The notes under the pieces were generated by a model that ran no database searches, was not told where the DNA came from, and saw only the letters and a list, made by a program, of their open reading frames with translations. A stretch of 57,970 nt of DNA from Octopus bimaculoides. Taxonomy: Eukaryota. Made by a program: the position numbers and the translations under genes. Shown piece by piece: positions 1 to 13,149 of this stretch (within the stretch, counting starts at the first letter, position 1; each line of letters starts with the position of its first letter). The stretch lies in the NCBI RefSeq assembly GCF_001194135.2, contig NC_068996.1, positions 52,642,154 to 52,700,123 on the forward strand, given 5' to 3'.

Positions 1-212
1 GGCACATAAAAGACACCATTTCGAGCATGGCCGTTTTCGTGCGGGTGACACGTAAAAGCACCCACTACACTCTCTGAGTGGTTGGCGTTAGGAAGGGCAT
101 CCAGCTGTAGAAACTCTGCCAAATTAGATTGGAGCCTGGTGTTGCCATCCGGTTTCACCAGTCCTCAGTCAAATCGTCCAACCCATGCTAGCATGGAAAG
201 CGGACGTTAAAC

Positions 213-245
<33 letters not shown>
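1..245 (+). mobile_element. 3' UTR/tail of RTE-type LINE ending in (GAT)n
   Basis: Tail ...cccactacactc..gagtggttggcgttaggaagggcatccagc...ccatgctagcatggaaagcggacgttaaacgatgatg. The same tail follows RTE RT fragments elsewhere in the window. Confidence 0.85.
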
Positions 246-340
246 ATATATATATATAAGTTCAAAAAAAGGAAAAAGACAAAAAAACAACAACATAAGG
301 ACATGATACAGATTGCGTTACTAGACGCTTGGGAAAGGAA

Positions 341-376
<36 letters not shown>

Positions 377-531
377 ATTTAAAGGTAGAAGATAAAAGAT
401 AAGTTGCAGTTAAATTGATAAGTGACATTAAATTTGAGTCATAAAATTGAGAAAACAATGAGATAACATATGTATACATACATACATGAACAACCAAAAT
501 GCTCACGTGTATGCACATTCACACATATACT

Positions 532-577
<46 letters not shown>

Positions 578-2085
578 CATGCCTATATATATGTAGACAT
601 ATATACATAATATATACACACACATAGATACATATATATATATATATATATATACACATACAAATATATACACACACATGCATGCATACATGCACACACA
701 CATACATACATACACATGCACACACACTCATATGGCATAAAGGCACACCCTCTGAACAAAAGGAAAACATGTAAATACATACAAAAAATGTAAGAGACAA
801 AAAAGATAGACCAATAAAGAAAGTTCAATAACCAGTAAGTAAAAAAAATAAGTATTGTGTCTTTTGTTGTACTTGTCAAATAGGAGGCCAGAAATTCACA
901 ATATACTTAATGGCATGTTGTCAGGTACTTTGCTTTTCTTTTTTAAGTACTATATGTAGCTAGAGGGTTTTGTGGTTTTATGAATACTCCAATTGCTAAA
1001 GGAGTGGTTATAGTATTAAACTTCCCTTTGAAGCTTTCTTCTGTAAGTTCCAAGTAATTCTCAGCAGAGATTGTGTTTTCAGCACAGACACATTGACTGA
1101 CACTTCGAATATGAAGGCATTGGCCTTACAAGCTCCATTTAGCAAGCACAGATCTGCATTATTGCAAGAACAGCTTAAATCATAAAATGTCACAACAAGT
1201 GCAAAAGTTTGTAAAATATCTTGATTGCTTATTGAAGGGCATTTAGCGGATGGTATGATTCAGGCCTACTTTTGGGAAAATGCTGGCTTTATTAAAAGAT
1301 ACAGATGAACATGCATACATATATGTTTGTGTATGTGATAAAACAGATGCTCCAGTATGACTTTGGCATGACTACTAAGATAAATTTTAAATATGTATGT
1401 GAGTGGTTTGTGCATGTGTGAGTGTGAGTTTATATATATATATATGAGAACACACAAGAGAAATGTTCAGAATCATCATGACCTTCAAAAAAATTCTATT
1501 GAATTGAATTGAATTTAATTTAATGATTTTTTTCAAAGTGGAAAAAACAGTATGTAGTATATAACTATTGCTTTAGGTAGAAGACATATTCTGTCAATTG
1601 AGCAATATATTACAGTGAGCCATGCAACTGTTTTGTACTCCTGCCAGATAAAATGCTAAATGCACTACCCCAAGGAATGGAAAGGGAGATGTACTGACAT
1701 TCATGGTTCATTCCTGTGAATGATAATCTTTATCCATTGTAGGGTCCTTGAAACACCCCCTTACTCAGGAGCAACACCAATTCAGTGATTATTATTTAGT
1801 TGGATACCAATCAACTATGAAGAATTAATGTTTAGCAACGTGCTGTTGTGAGTCTAGTGGAGCTGATACATGTCAGTCGATGCAGGTGAAGTGAATTAAT
1901 AAGGTTGTGTTAGACATTAGAACATCGGATGGTATTCCATTTATGTACTGCACTGATGGAATGTTATCTCGGTTGAAACAAAATAGTATACAAGTCACGG
2001 AGGCAGTTTTGTATGCCTTGTGTACAGTAGGTTCTGTAGGGCTGAGGAGAACTTTGTTGATGAGGTTTTAAGAAAGGATGACAAC

Positions 2086-2390
2086 ATCATCATCATCATT
2101 TAACGTCCGTTGCCCATGCTGGCATGGGTTGGACGGTTTCAACCAAGGTTGGTAGGTTGGAAGGCTGCACTAGACACCAGTCTGATTTGGCATGGTTTTC
2201 TACAGTTGGATGTCCTTCCTAAGCCAACCACATCGAGAGTGTAGTGGGTGCTTTTACGTGCCACTGGTATGGCTGCCATTTCCATGACACCTGTATCTGC
2301 CACAACTGCAATGTTGCTCAGCTTGATGGATCTTCTCAAGCACGGCATAATACCAAAGGTCTCGGTCATTGCCTCCATGAGGCCAACAGC
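2086..2390 (-). mobile_element. RTE-type LINE 3' tail, reverse orientation
   Basis: (CAT)n followed by the reverse complement of the shared tail. Confidence 0.8.
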
Positions 2391-3199
2391 AGTATTAAAT
2401 TCTGAGTGAAGGTCAAGACTGCTATATCTATTAGGGAATGCGGCTTGATGTCATCTGTTCTTGTTAGACATGACTTACACATCTTGCTTACACAACGCTG
2501 ATTAAAATTTTATAATTTGTAAAAATATTCATTGAATCAGGGACCAGAGAAAAGAAAAGGATGAAGGACAAAAGACAATATTAGGGAAGCAGTATATGGA
2601 AGATTAAATGTATAATTAACGATCAAAAGTCAAACTGACTGAAAGTTACCATGTCTTATCAATAAAAAAGCTGTGAGTTCTTGATATTGTTTATCTCATT
2701 TTTTGTGTGTGTTTCTGAAAAACACTACACCCAAAATTCTTCAAATAATTAATGAATAAAGAGAAAAATAAAAGCAAATAAAACAAAGGGCACCTACAAC
2801 CAGGACCATATCTAAACCAAAGGGGGCCTGGGATACTTCAAGTTCAGTGTGCCTCTTATACACAAAAATTAAAATCCTAGAAAATGACCAAATTTGAATC
2901 TCAAGACTCATTTATTTCAAATACTTGAATTTCATGAGTTAGCAGAGAAAGTTTAAATAAATTACTGAAAATGTTGCTTTATAGACACACTTTTTCAAAA
3001 TTCAAAGTTTGTTTTTCACACGTCCACTTGTGGTGTTTAATTTTTCCTTCGTTGTGAAAAGTACAATGAAGGAGAGAAGATTGTTCTCTTTTACTGTGAA
3101 TTACAAATGCTTCAGAATGCAGAATAAGATAAAATGACAGAAAATTACGAAAAAGAAAACAAATAATTTTTGTGGTTGTTGCTGTTCCAAGAGCATGAT

Positions 3200-3239
<40 letters not shown>

Positions 3240-4534
3240 ATGTGTGTTTTGTGTGTGTGGGGTGGTGGTGGTGGTGATGGAGATATCAACATTTAAAAGA
3301 CATGGATTTTAAAAATTATTGTTTTGAAAGGGTTCCTTTCATTGTTTTTCAATGCGTGAAAACAAAGTGGGTGGGGAGTGGGTAAAATTCTGACGAAACT
3401 GAGAAATTCAAATAACTATTCCTGAAAGTTCACTTTTCTAATTTCCTGTAAGGCTAGGTGGGGCACAATGAGTAATACTTTCTGCATTTTTGACTTTAAT
3501 GAAAATATATTTTTTAAAAATGTTCACTATCTTTTGCCAAAACTATATCAGTGAAGTAAAGACCTTCTCTAAATGCAGTAAAACCTATAATATATTCAAA
3601 ACACTATTTCAGAAAGAAAAAAAGACAAATTTAGGTAGGGCAAAAATGGGTAAGACAAGAGAAGGTAAATTTGCCTCTGTAGAATTACACTTCAAAAAAG
3701 ATTCATACACATAAAACATCCATCCTTAGACATCAGAAAGATGAGAAATGCAACAAAAGTTAAAATATTTTGGTCAAATGAAAGAGGATCATGGAAAAAT
3801 AGCACATGATATGAAAATAATGAAAACTAAATCTAAAGTCAACATATAATGTTTATAATATCTTCATCAAAAATTATCCAGATATTTTATTAGCCACTTC
3901 AATTACAATCAGGTCAAATTTGAGGAAAAATTTCTTGAAAATAGTACCTGTCACCTATGTTTCATACTTTCAACTTCAACAACTATGTAAACTATACTGA
4001 CTAAATTTTACTCCCAAAGATGGCACCAAATGGGAGAAAATGATAAAATATCAGAATTTATTCATTTTGACACAGTTACCAATTTTGCCCCACTTCCATA
4101 TAGTAATACCAAGTGTTTGATAGAATAATGAAAAATATAGGAAAAAATAAGAAAAATGGTTTGATTTAATGAAAAACATTTGAATATATATGTAATAAGT
4201 CTAAAGCCCCCCCCAAAAAAAAATGCTTTTAGCTGTTGAGAGATGTAATTTTATAATTAAAACTAAATTCAAAATTTAAATTTTGGAACATATTTCTTTA
4301 CCAGTTTCATAAAATAAGACCAGTTTTCAATGCCTTGCTGAAATAAGTTTAGAAATAAAAATGTGTATGTGTGTGTGTGTGCCTTTAACTGCAGTTGGCC
4401 AAACCAAAGTCAAGCTCAGTTATGCATTGAAAGAAGGAATTTGGAATTTAGTCTAGAGACAATTTTTTTCTATCAATTTCTTTATCTTTATATACATTCA
4501 TACTTACACACACACAGACACATCTGCTCACAGA

Positions 4535-4568
<34 letters not shown>

Positions 4569-4581
4569 CATACATGTCACC

Positions 4582-5015
4582 CACATCATAAGCAGGTGTC
4601 CAAAAATGTTATCACAGTNNNNNNNNNNGCCACTCATAATAAAAAGAAATACTGGTGTAATGTACCAGTGAAGATCTCAATAAAATGTAAGCACAGCAGA
4701 CCAGATATAATGATTTGGGATAGGGAAGAGAAACTGTGCACAGTTGTGGAAATTAGCTGCTCAGTGGATGTTAACGTAAAGTTGAAGATCAGTGATAAAG
4801 ACAACATTTATGCTGAACTATTGAGAAATCTGCAGTTACTCTATCCAGATTACAAATTCAGGTTTGTACCTGTAATTATTGGGGCTCTGGGATATGTAAC
4901 ACACTGCCTAAATACCAATCTTGAGAAATTAGGCTTTCCAAAACCAGAAAGAATAAAGTTAATTTGAAGACTATAGGTCCAATCCATCACTGGAACGGTA
5001 AAAATCTGTAAAACT
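4582..5015 (+). mobile_element. C-terminal restriction-like endonuclease (RLE) region of an R2/R4-type non-LTR retrotransposon (partly duplicated at 5352-5628)
   Basis: Translation HIISRCPK...RHDVVARILY...RPDIMIWD...VEISC..D...VPVIIGALG: end of the CCHC knuckle, RHD motif and PD..D nuclease motif. In-frame stop near 4967. Confidence 0.8.
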
Positions 5016-5304
5016 TGTGAAGACTTATTGGGGCAAGCGAAATCGGGATAGCACCTGTGCCCAGCGTCGCCTTTCTGGCACTTGTGCCCATGACATGTGT
5101 AAGGATTTTCGAGCGAGATCGTTGTCAGTGCCCCTGGACTGGTTCTTGTGTGGGTGGCACATAAAATACACCATTTCGAGCGTGGCCGTTACTAGTACCG
5201 CCTGACTGGCCTTTGTAGGATTTTCGAGCGAGATCGTTGCCNNNNNNNNNNTTATCTTTATATACATTCATACTTACACACACACAGACACATCTGCTCA
5301 CAGA

Positions 5305-5338
<34 letters not shown>

Positions 5339-5351
5339 CATACATGTCACC

Positions 5352-5628
5352 CACATCATAAGCAGGTGTCCAAAAATGTTATCACAGTATTCTCTACCAA
5401 TGAGACATGATGTTGTAGCAAGGATACTCTATAATGAAATCTGTCAGAAGGATAATCCTGAGGACAAAGAAATAAGAACCCACAATATGGTAGAAGCCAT
5501 AGCCACTCATAATAAAAAGAAATACTGGTGTAATGTACCAGTGAAGATCTCAATAAAATGTAAGCACAGCAGACCAGATATAATGATTTGGGATAGGGAA
5601 GAGAAACTGTGCACAGTTGTGGAAATTA
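5352..5628 (+). mobile_element. Second copy of the RLE fragment (probable assembly duplication)
   Basis: Sequence is identical by eye to 4582-4618 and 4629-4752, and fills the part that is N in the first copy. Confidence 0.75.
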
Positions 5629-6188
5629 NNNNNNNNNNNNNNNNNNNNNNNNNNNNNNNNNNNNNNNNNNNNNNNNNNNNNNNNNNNNNNNNNNNNNNNN
5701 NNNNNNNNNNNNNNNNNNNNNNNNNNNNNNNNNNNNNNNNNNNNNNNNNNNNNNNNNNNNNNNNNNNNNNNNNNNNNNNNNNNNNNNNNNNNNNNNNNNN
5801 NNNNNNNNNNNNNNNNNNNNNNNNNNNNNNNNNNNNNNNNNNNNNNNNNNNNNNNNNNNNNNNNNNNNNNNNNNNNNNNNNNNNNNNNNNNNNNNNNNNN
5901 NNNNNNNNNNNNNNNNNNNNNNNNNNNNNNNNNNNNNNNNNNNNNNNNNNNNNNNNNNNNNNNNNNNNNNNNNNNNNNNNNNNNNNNNNNNNNNNNNNNN
6001 NNNNNNNNNNNNNNNNNNNNNNNNNNNNNNNNNNNNNNNNNNNNNNNNNNNNNNNNNNNNNNNNNNNNNNNNNNNNNNNNNNNNNNNNNNNNNNNNNNNN
6101 NNNNNNNNNNNNNNNNNNNNNNNNNNNNNNNNNNNNNNNNNNNNNNNNNNNNNNNNNNNNNNNNNNNNNNNNNNNNNNNNNNNNNNNN

Positions 6189-6515
6189 CTGACTGGCCTT
6201 CATAGGATTTTCAAGCGAGATCATTGCCAGTGCCCCTGGACTGGCTCTTGTGCGGGTGGCACATAAAATACACCATTTTGAGCGTGGCCGTTGCCAGTAC
6301 CACCTGACTGGCCTTCGTGCGGGTGACACGTAAAAGCACCCACTACACTCTCTGAGTGGTTGGCATTAGGAAGGGCATCCAGCTGTAGAAACTCTGCCAA
6401 ATCAGATTGGAGCCTGGTGTTGCCATCTGGTTTCACCAGTCCTCAGTCAAATCGTCCAACCCATGCTAGCATGGAAAGTGGACGTTAAACGCTGATGATG
6501 ATGATGACGATGATG
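6189..6515 (+). mobile_element. RTE-type LINE 3' UTR/tail (related piece at 5020-5221)
   Basis: UTR repeat units plus the shared tail and (GAT)n. Close match to 1-245. Confidence 0.85.
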
Positions 6516-9439
6516 TCTATATATGTAACTATATGCATGAGAATACATACTTAAAACATACAAATCTGCACATACATACATACATACATACATAAAACAA
6601 AACACATACAAAAATACCCTGTTGTTGATGTTGAAATTCCAATGAAGGAGCCTTGGATCTAGGTTAGAAACCAGTTCTTCCTCTATTGGCAAGAAATCTT
6701 GAAATAAAACTGAACAATGACATACATGCATGCATACCTACATTTTCAGGAGAGTTCTGTTGTTTCCCTTTTCTCTGTCATTGTCCCAGAAGCAGCTACC
6801 ATTCCCTTGGGAATCATAAGCTGGTTTGGGACTCAGTAATAAACTGTTTTTCTAATTGAATTAATTGGTATCTTTTATATCCTTAAAATGTTGTATTGTT
6901 ATAGCACCCACTTCAGTATACAGTATACTTAGTAAAACCAGTAAAGACATGACTATCACTGACCAACCTACTACGTACTTGGGTACTTCACGTACTTCTC
7001 TTTACTTATAATGACTACGTTATTCCATTCATCATGTGGGAGGGGTGTACCATTATTACTAATTCCCTACAACAATGTCTCTAAGGTGACAAAATCTATG
7101 GTTATTTATCTTAAAAGAGAATCCGTTACATTTTTCGAGAAGTCAAGATACTTTTGTATATTGAAAGAGAGCCTCTTCANNNNNNNNNNNNNNNNNNNNN
7201 NNNNNNNNNNNNNNNNNNNNNNNNNNNNNNNNNNNNNNNNNNNNNNNNNNNNNNNNNNNNNNNNNNNNNNNNNNNNNNNNNNNNNNNNNNNNNNNNNNNN
7301 NNNNNNNNNNNNNNNNNNNNNNNNNNNNNNNNNNNNNNNNNNNNNNNNNNNNNNNNNNNNNNNNCTGTATTGAGTGCTACATACCTTTTGTAGCAGGGGG
7401 ACTCCAATACCTTCCACATGCCTGGGGCAATTTCCCCCTTCACTCCCTATAAATTCAGCCCTTCCTACAACTTTGGTTAAAGTAGGTTGTTAATTGGTGA
7501 GAATTACTTGTGGCTAACAAATCAATTCACATGGATGATGAATATGTATCAAGGCTGTATTTTCAAGGGTATTTCAGATACATGTGTATCCAAAGTAACT
7601 GGGTTTGCTATGTATATAAATGAATTGACTGCTTATTTCCCTTGGAGGTTAGTCAGTCTATGGAGAAATAGTTTGCATGTCAACTATGTAGGTTTATACA
7701 CACACACACACACACACACATTATGAAATGTCTTTTCAAAGAAAACGTTATAACCTTGAAGAAATGTGGCCCTATCAAGTCCAAATGGTTCCTTCTAACA
7801 ATTGAAGTTGTTTTCTGCCATTAATTAACATCGGAGACAAATAAGGAAAATGAGAAAGGTATAGATTAATGAAATGATGACATAGAGGATAAGAGTAAAG
7901 GAATAAGGAGATGAAGAGAGAGAGAGAGAGAAGAAAAAAGAAGCATAAAAGTTCACAGTTCAACTTTCCAAAACAATAAGAAACCATAAAATAAATTTTC
8001 ATTTTTTTCATTTTTCAAAATGAAACAAAACTAACAGTAAGATGGAAAATAATCTTTTAAGTATTTAGGGCTTCTGTAGGTCTTAATCTGGCCCCTGGAT
8101 AACACTGTTGAATGAAAGGTGGTCAGTGAAATGATGGAACAAGTTAAAAATGCCAGAACTGTGATGTCTGCATTTAAATTCTACCAATATTCTCCTCTCT
8201 AAGGCATAAGCAATGAAAACTTCTTGTTACTCTGACTTGAAGCTCCACCACTTTATTTACACTTTTTTAATTGCAAAGTTTTTGATCAGATCCCCTAGCT
8301 TAATCTTATGCAGCGCAACAGATTATTATATTTGCAATCAATATAAATCACTTTGAATATTATTTTAACAAGTTTAAATGGATTTCTTTTGTGCTACAAA
8401 CAATTTGCCATTTCTGTGGTGCCTCACTTCTCTTGATGTGCTAAGCATATGCTTATTTTGCCAAATGGTTAATCCAATGCTGGTGTTATTCAATACATTA
8501 AGCACAAAGGAAAGCATTTAATCTACAACCTGGGACCCTCTGATCTGAAGATATTTAATCTGAGTCTCAACTTATCATTCTGCCTTCTATCAACATTATC
8601 TTCAGATCAATTCTAGAGTCTCATACCTTTTAGTTTTTTTCCATTGATAATTTTCTGTGTTTATATTGTATATGTCTATACACTGTATATATTATTGTTA
8701 TGTAATAATATATCCTCCCATGTCTTTGTGTTTGTACCTATATTTGTATCTTTGAATGCGAGTATACCTGTAAATGAGGACATTTTTCAAGTCTATTTAC
8801 GTCTATGTGCCAAGTAATTAATCTGTCCTTATTTATGAATATTTGTTTTAAACCAGAAATGGTTTTTCTAGGTGTGACTGGCCTTTGTTTCCACGTTGCT
8901 TTCTGCTCTTCACCTTCCTAACCTGACTTAAACAGGTTTTACCATGCTTTGCTTGAGACTTTCATTCTTTTTACCTTCCCTTTACCACTTCTAGCTTTCT
9001 CTTCCCAATCCATTGCCTGACTTCCATTACTCTCAAGCTTCCTGTCGTTTGACCATTTCTTTGTTCCCTATTTCACCTTCAAATCACCCCTTCCCTTTAA
9101 CTTTTTATTAATTCATTTACTTTCAGCCGTTTACTCTCACTTTCTCTGTTAGATGAGCGTCAAGCATCCAAAACGTTAAGCTATTCGCATATTTTATGTT
9201 TGTAGAAGTTGGTGGGTGGGAACTAGTTTCCGCGAGAATAAAAAGGTAATGAATGCTGCCCCAACACTTGATTAATTCCATATTTGCTCTAAAAAAGGCA
9301 TTTTTGAAACAAATTAAAATTTACCTACAACTGGAAGTTGTCTTGTGTTTCTACTAAAGTAAGAAAGCAAGAAACATAAAGATGTCAGTCTGTCTATCTG
9401 TTTAAGAAAGGAAGTGGTTCCTTACTTGCTGCTGTAAAA

Positions 9440-9960
9440 TGTACCTTGAATTTTCAATTTTATTGTGATCTGGTGGTTATGGGAACCAGTCCAAGTGATC
9501 CACTTCCCTTTTGTGCTCTTCATACCAATTTTGAATAACATTAACTGTGTGAATAGGAGCTTTATTGTCCTGAAAGATTGTACCATCCTCAGGGATGAAC
9601 ATAATCAACGAAAACCTTAGCATTAACTCTTCCCTGTAGAACTACTAAAGGACTGAGAGAATTCTGTGAAATGGCAGCCCAAATTATTACAGAATCACCT
9701 CTATGTTTCATGGTAGGAGGTCAAATTTGAAGGCTTCATTAGGCTGTCTCCAGACAACCTCTCCATGAAGTAAGAAAAAGGGTTACAGATGATTCATCAG
9801 AGATGACATTGTTCCATTGAGCCATTGACCTCTTCTGGTTGTCTATTCACTATTCTCCCTGTTTATCAATGTTTATGGGGATCTTGGTGTATTCCCATGG
9901 TATCTGGCTTTATGGAGCTCAAGATGAATGGTTTTCGTTGACACAAAGTTGGTAAAGTAG
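9440..9960 (-). mobile_element. Decayed Tc1-family transposase
   Basis: Minus-strand frames give WNNVISDESSVTLF, VIIWAAIS...PLVVLQGRVNA, IFQDNKAPIHT...W and W.P*PPD.N.IEN, i.e. degenerate DD34E motifs with stops and frameshifts. Confidence 0.8.
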
Positions 9961-10204
9961 TGATTTAGCTCTGCAGTCTGCAGTGCAAACATGATTCTAA
10001 ATAGTGTATCCTTTGAAACATTAAACTACAGGATAATTCTAGAGACTGAAACTCCAGCCATCTATGCCCCAAAAATTTGTATTCTTTGGAGATTATGTAG
10101 GTCACATATTTCAACTTATTTAGATATAAATATCTGAAGAAAAGAAAAACATAAAAAAAAGCAGAGTGCTGTATCATTACATTGTGGAGTACAAAACATA
10201 CATA

Positions 10205-10267
10205 ATGCATATGAATACATACATACATACATGCATACATACACACATACATACATACATACATACA

Positions 10268-10301
<34 letters not shown>

Positions 10302-10398
10302 CGTACATACATACACACATACATACACACATACATACAAACATACATACATACATACACACATACATACATACATATATACATACATACATACATAC
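10205..10398. repeat. (TACA)n microsatellite
   Basis: Direct reading. Similar tracts at 25919-26260 and 4535-4575. Confidence 0.95.
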
Positions 10399-10557
10399 TA
10401 TAACAGTTTTGAAATTTGTCGTATTGACAATAAACAAAACACAGTTAAATAAAAAGTGGTGTTTCCACTATTTTGCCTAACCCTACATCTATCTATCTAT
10501 CTATCCATCTGCCTTTTATCTATCTATCTATCTATCTTTCTGTTTGTCTGTCCCATC

Positions 10558-10588
<31 letters not shown>

Positions 10589-11239
10589 NNNNNNNNNNNN
10601 NNNNNNNNNNNNNNNNNNNNNNNNNNNNNNNNNNNNNNNNNNNNNNNNNNNNNNNNNNNNNNNNNNNNNNNNNNNNNNNNNNNNNNNNNNNNNNNNNNNN
10701 NNNNNNNNNNNNNNNNNNNNNNNNNNNNNNNNNNNNNNNNNNNNNNNNNNNNNNNNNNNNNNNNNNNNNNNNNNNNNNNNNNNNNNNNNNNNNNNNNNNN
10801 NNNNNNNNNNNNNNNNNNNNNNNNNNNNNNNNNNNNNNNNNNNNNNNNNNNNNNNNNNNNNNNNNNNNNNNNNNNNNNNNNNNNNNNNNNNNNNNNNNNN
10901 NNNNNNNNNNNNNNNNNNNNNNNNNNNNNNNNNNNNNNNNNNNNNNNNNNNNNNNNNNNNNNNNNNNNNNNNNNNNNNNNNNNNNNNNNNNNNNNNNNNN
11001 NNNNNNNNNNNNNNNNNNNNNNNNNNNNNNNNNNNNNNNNNNNNNNNNNNNNNNNNNNNNNNNNNNNNNNNNNNNNNNNNNNNNNNNNNNNNNNNNNNNN
11101 NNNNNNNNNNNNNNNNNNNNNNNNNNNNNNNNNNNNNNNNNNNNNNNNNNNNNNNNNNNNNNNNNNNNNNNNNNNNNNNNNNNNNNNNNNNNNNNNNNNN
11201 NNNNNNNNNNNNNNNNNNNNNNNNNNNNNNNNNNNNNNN

Positions 11240-11282
<43 letters not shown>

Positions 11283-11284
<2 letters not shown>

Positions 11285-11375
11285 GCTTCTTTCAGTTTCT
11301 GTCTACCAAATCTACTCACAAGGAAGACACTTGTTCAAGAGAACCCAGGACCATGTGGTTGGTAAGCAAGCTTTG
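11283..11375 (-). mobile_element. Fragment of the tRNA-derived SINE family (see 28271-28686)
   Basis: Reverse complement of ...cttaccaaccacatggt... and ...gagtagatttggtagacagaaactgaaagaagccc. Confidence 0.65.
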
Positions 11376-12803
11376 TTTCTCAGTCTCACTTTTGCTGATC
11401 TCCTTTTTCTCTCTCATAATCCTTTGATTCATAATCTCGTTTTGCATAAATCTCTCATTATATTTGTCTGACTTTTCAATGTTGTCCTTACCACACATTT
11501 CATGCTTTCCCAACTCCATTATCTTCCATGAGACTTCTGTTCATAATAGCAAGTAAAAGAATTTGAATGGCAGAAACTTACAGATTTTGTGACACAACCT
11601 ATTTCATTTTATCAAAAGTTGTTTGTTTGGTGAAACATAATGTTCTTTTTTTTTCTTTTCTGTTGCAACTAGTCAAACCTGTTGCTCGGGCTGACAACTA
11701 CATTACTTATCATTTAGAAACTATCAAATAGCTGTTCTTCTTTGAAAATAAACAAAAACAACATAGTTCAAGCCTTAGCTTTTAACAATAATTTCTAATC
11801 AAGCATCATATTTTAGAAGAATGGCCATATAGATTTAATAACACAGTAACATAATTGAAATTAAATGACATACAACTAGAATCGGAGCTCATTTGAAGAC
11901 ATGACTGACTTGTATTTTCTTAACAAATATTAAATGATTTTAAAAAAATAATTTGGTCATAAGATGGTCCTGGGTATGATTTTAAACTATATCTATTCAG
12001 TGCTTGAGAGTTTGGATGTTTCGGGGATGTACCTTAGGCAACACTGATCACAAATCCATTCTGGTTGGGCTGCTTGTACCTGTCAAGAGCTTCAGTTATG
12101 GATCAAACTGTAGAAGACAGCCTTGTGGATAAGGCATACAGAACTTGTCAGAGGGCTGATCACTAGACATGTATTAGACAGACCCAATGCTGTATGGATA
12201 TACCTGTATGTCATGTGAACCAGTCCTCTTTTTAAGGATTGAATAAACCTCAACCCTAAGCTCAATAAAGTAGGGAAATAGCTGGGCAAACTATAAACCA
12301 ACAAAAGCCATTGATGCATTTTTCTCAAGAAAATTCAAATTCATATGTACAGGCATGGTTGTGTGGTAAGAAGCACATCAACTGGATTTGACCCCACATT
12401 TTGCCACATAGCAATCATAATTTGATTATGTGTGCAAACCCAATTGCTGTCCAATCAATGGCTGTTGTCCATATGCTAGTTTGATGGCATTACTAGAACC
12501 ATCTATGAACAAAGCCTACAAACCTCCAGTATGATCCAGTTCCTGGTGGCCTTCGCTCTCCACACATTGCTGTTTTTCACAGCTACATATTCAACCTGGA
12601 GCAATTGAAGAAGAAAACAGACCATAGCAACAAGAATACGTACTGATGTACAAAAGTTAGCCCAGATGTTGAATTTCTAACAAGAACTTTCTGCACTCAT
12701 CATCTGTAAGAACACTTTCTATGTTAATGTTGCAATAAATTATGTTCATAAACATAAATCAGCCTTCCCATCTTTGCCACAGAAGCTTGCTTCCCAGTAT
12801 ATA

Positions 12804-12930
12804 CAGGGTGTCCACAAAGTTTGGGTACATGAGGTTTAACACATACTTTAAGAAATTATTATTTCTTATATTTAATTGTTTATGTTATGATTTTATTTAC
12901 TCCATGTACCCAGACCTCGTGGACACCCTG
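12804..12930. mobile_element. 127-bp Tc1/mariner-type MITE
   Basis: TIRs CAGGGTGTCCACAAAGTTTGGGTACATG versus (rc) CAGGGTGTCCACGAGGTCTGGGTACATG. TA on both sides (12802-03, 12931-32). Confidence 0.9.
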
Positions 12931-13149
12931 TATAATTGGGATTTCAGTCCCAGTACTTGGCAGCTTGGGGAAGTGTTTTTCATTTTATCCTCAGGCTGAT
13001 CAAAACCTTATGGATTTGGGAGGCAGAAATTGAAAGAAGCTCATCACTTGCTTGTGTGCACGCCCGCACACACACACACACACACACACGCACACACACA
13101 CACACGCACACACACACACACACACACTGGTCAACTGAAGCTTAGATTG

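Noticed and set aside
145-172. Minus-strand CUGAGGA-CUGGU-GAAA in the RTE tail (also near 6430-6450)
   Set aside because: No stem II pairing and no NUH triplet in a stem III context.
1008-1260. Possible exon of a neighbouring gene
   Set aside because: Short open frames on both strands with no recognisable homology or convincing splice-site pair.
3452-4100. Possible TIR element (GGTGGGGCACAAT ... TTTTGCCCCACT)
   Set aside because: Only about 10 bp of terminal symmetry and no TSD identified.
9140-9182. Hammerhead-like relic ctgttagatgagc...ccaaaacgttaag
   Set aside because: Both core boxes are broken. It may be an ancient copy but cannot be supported.
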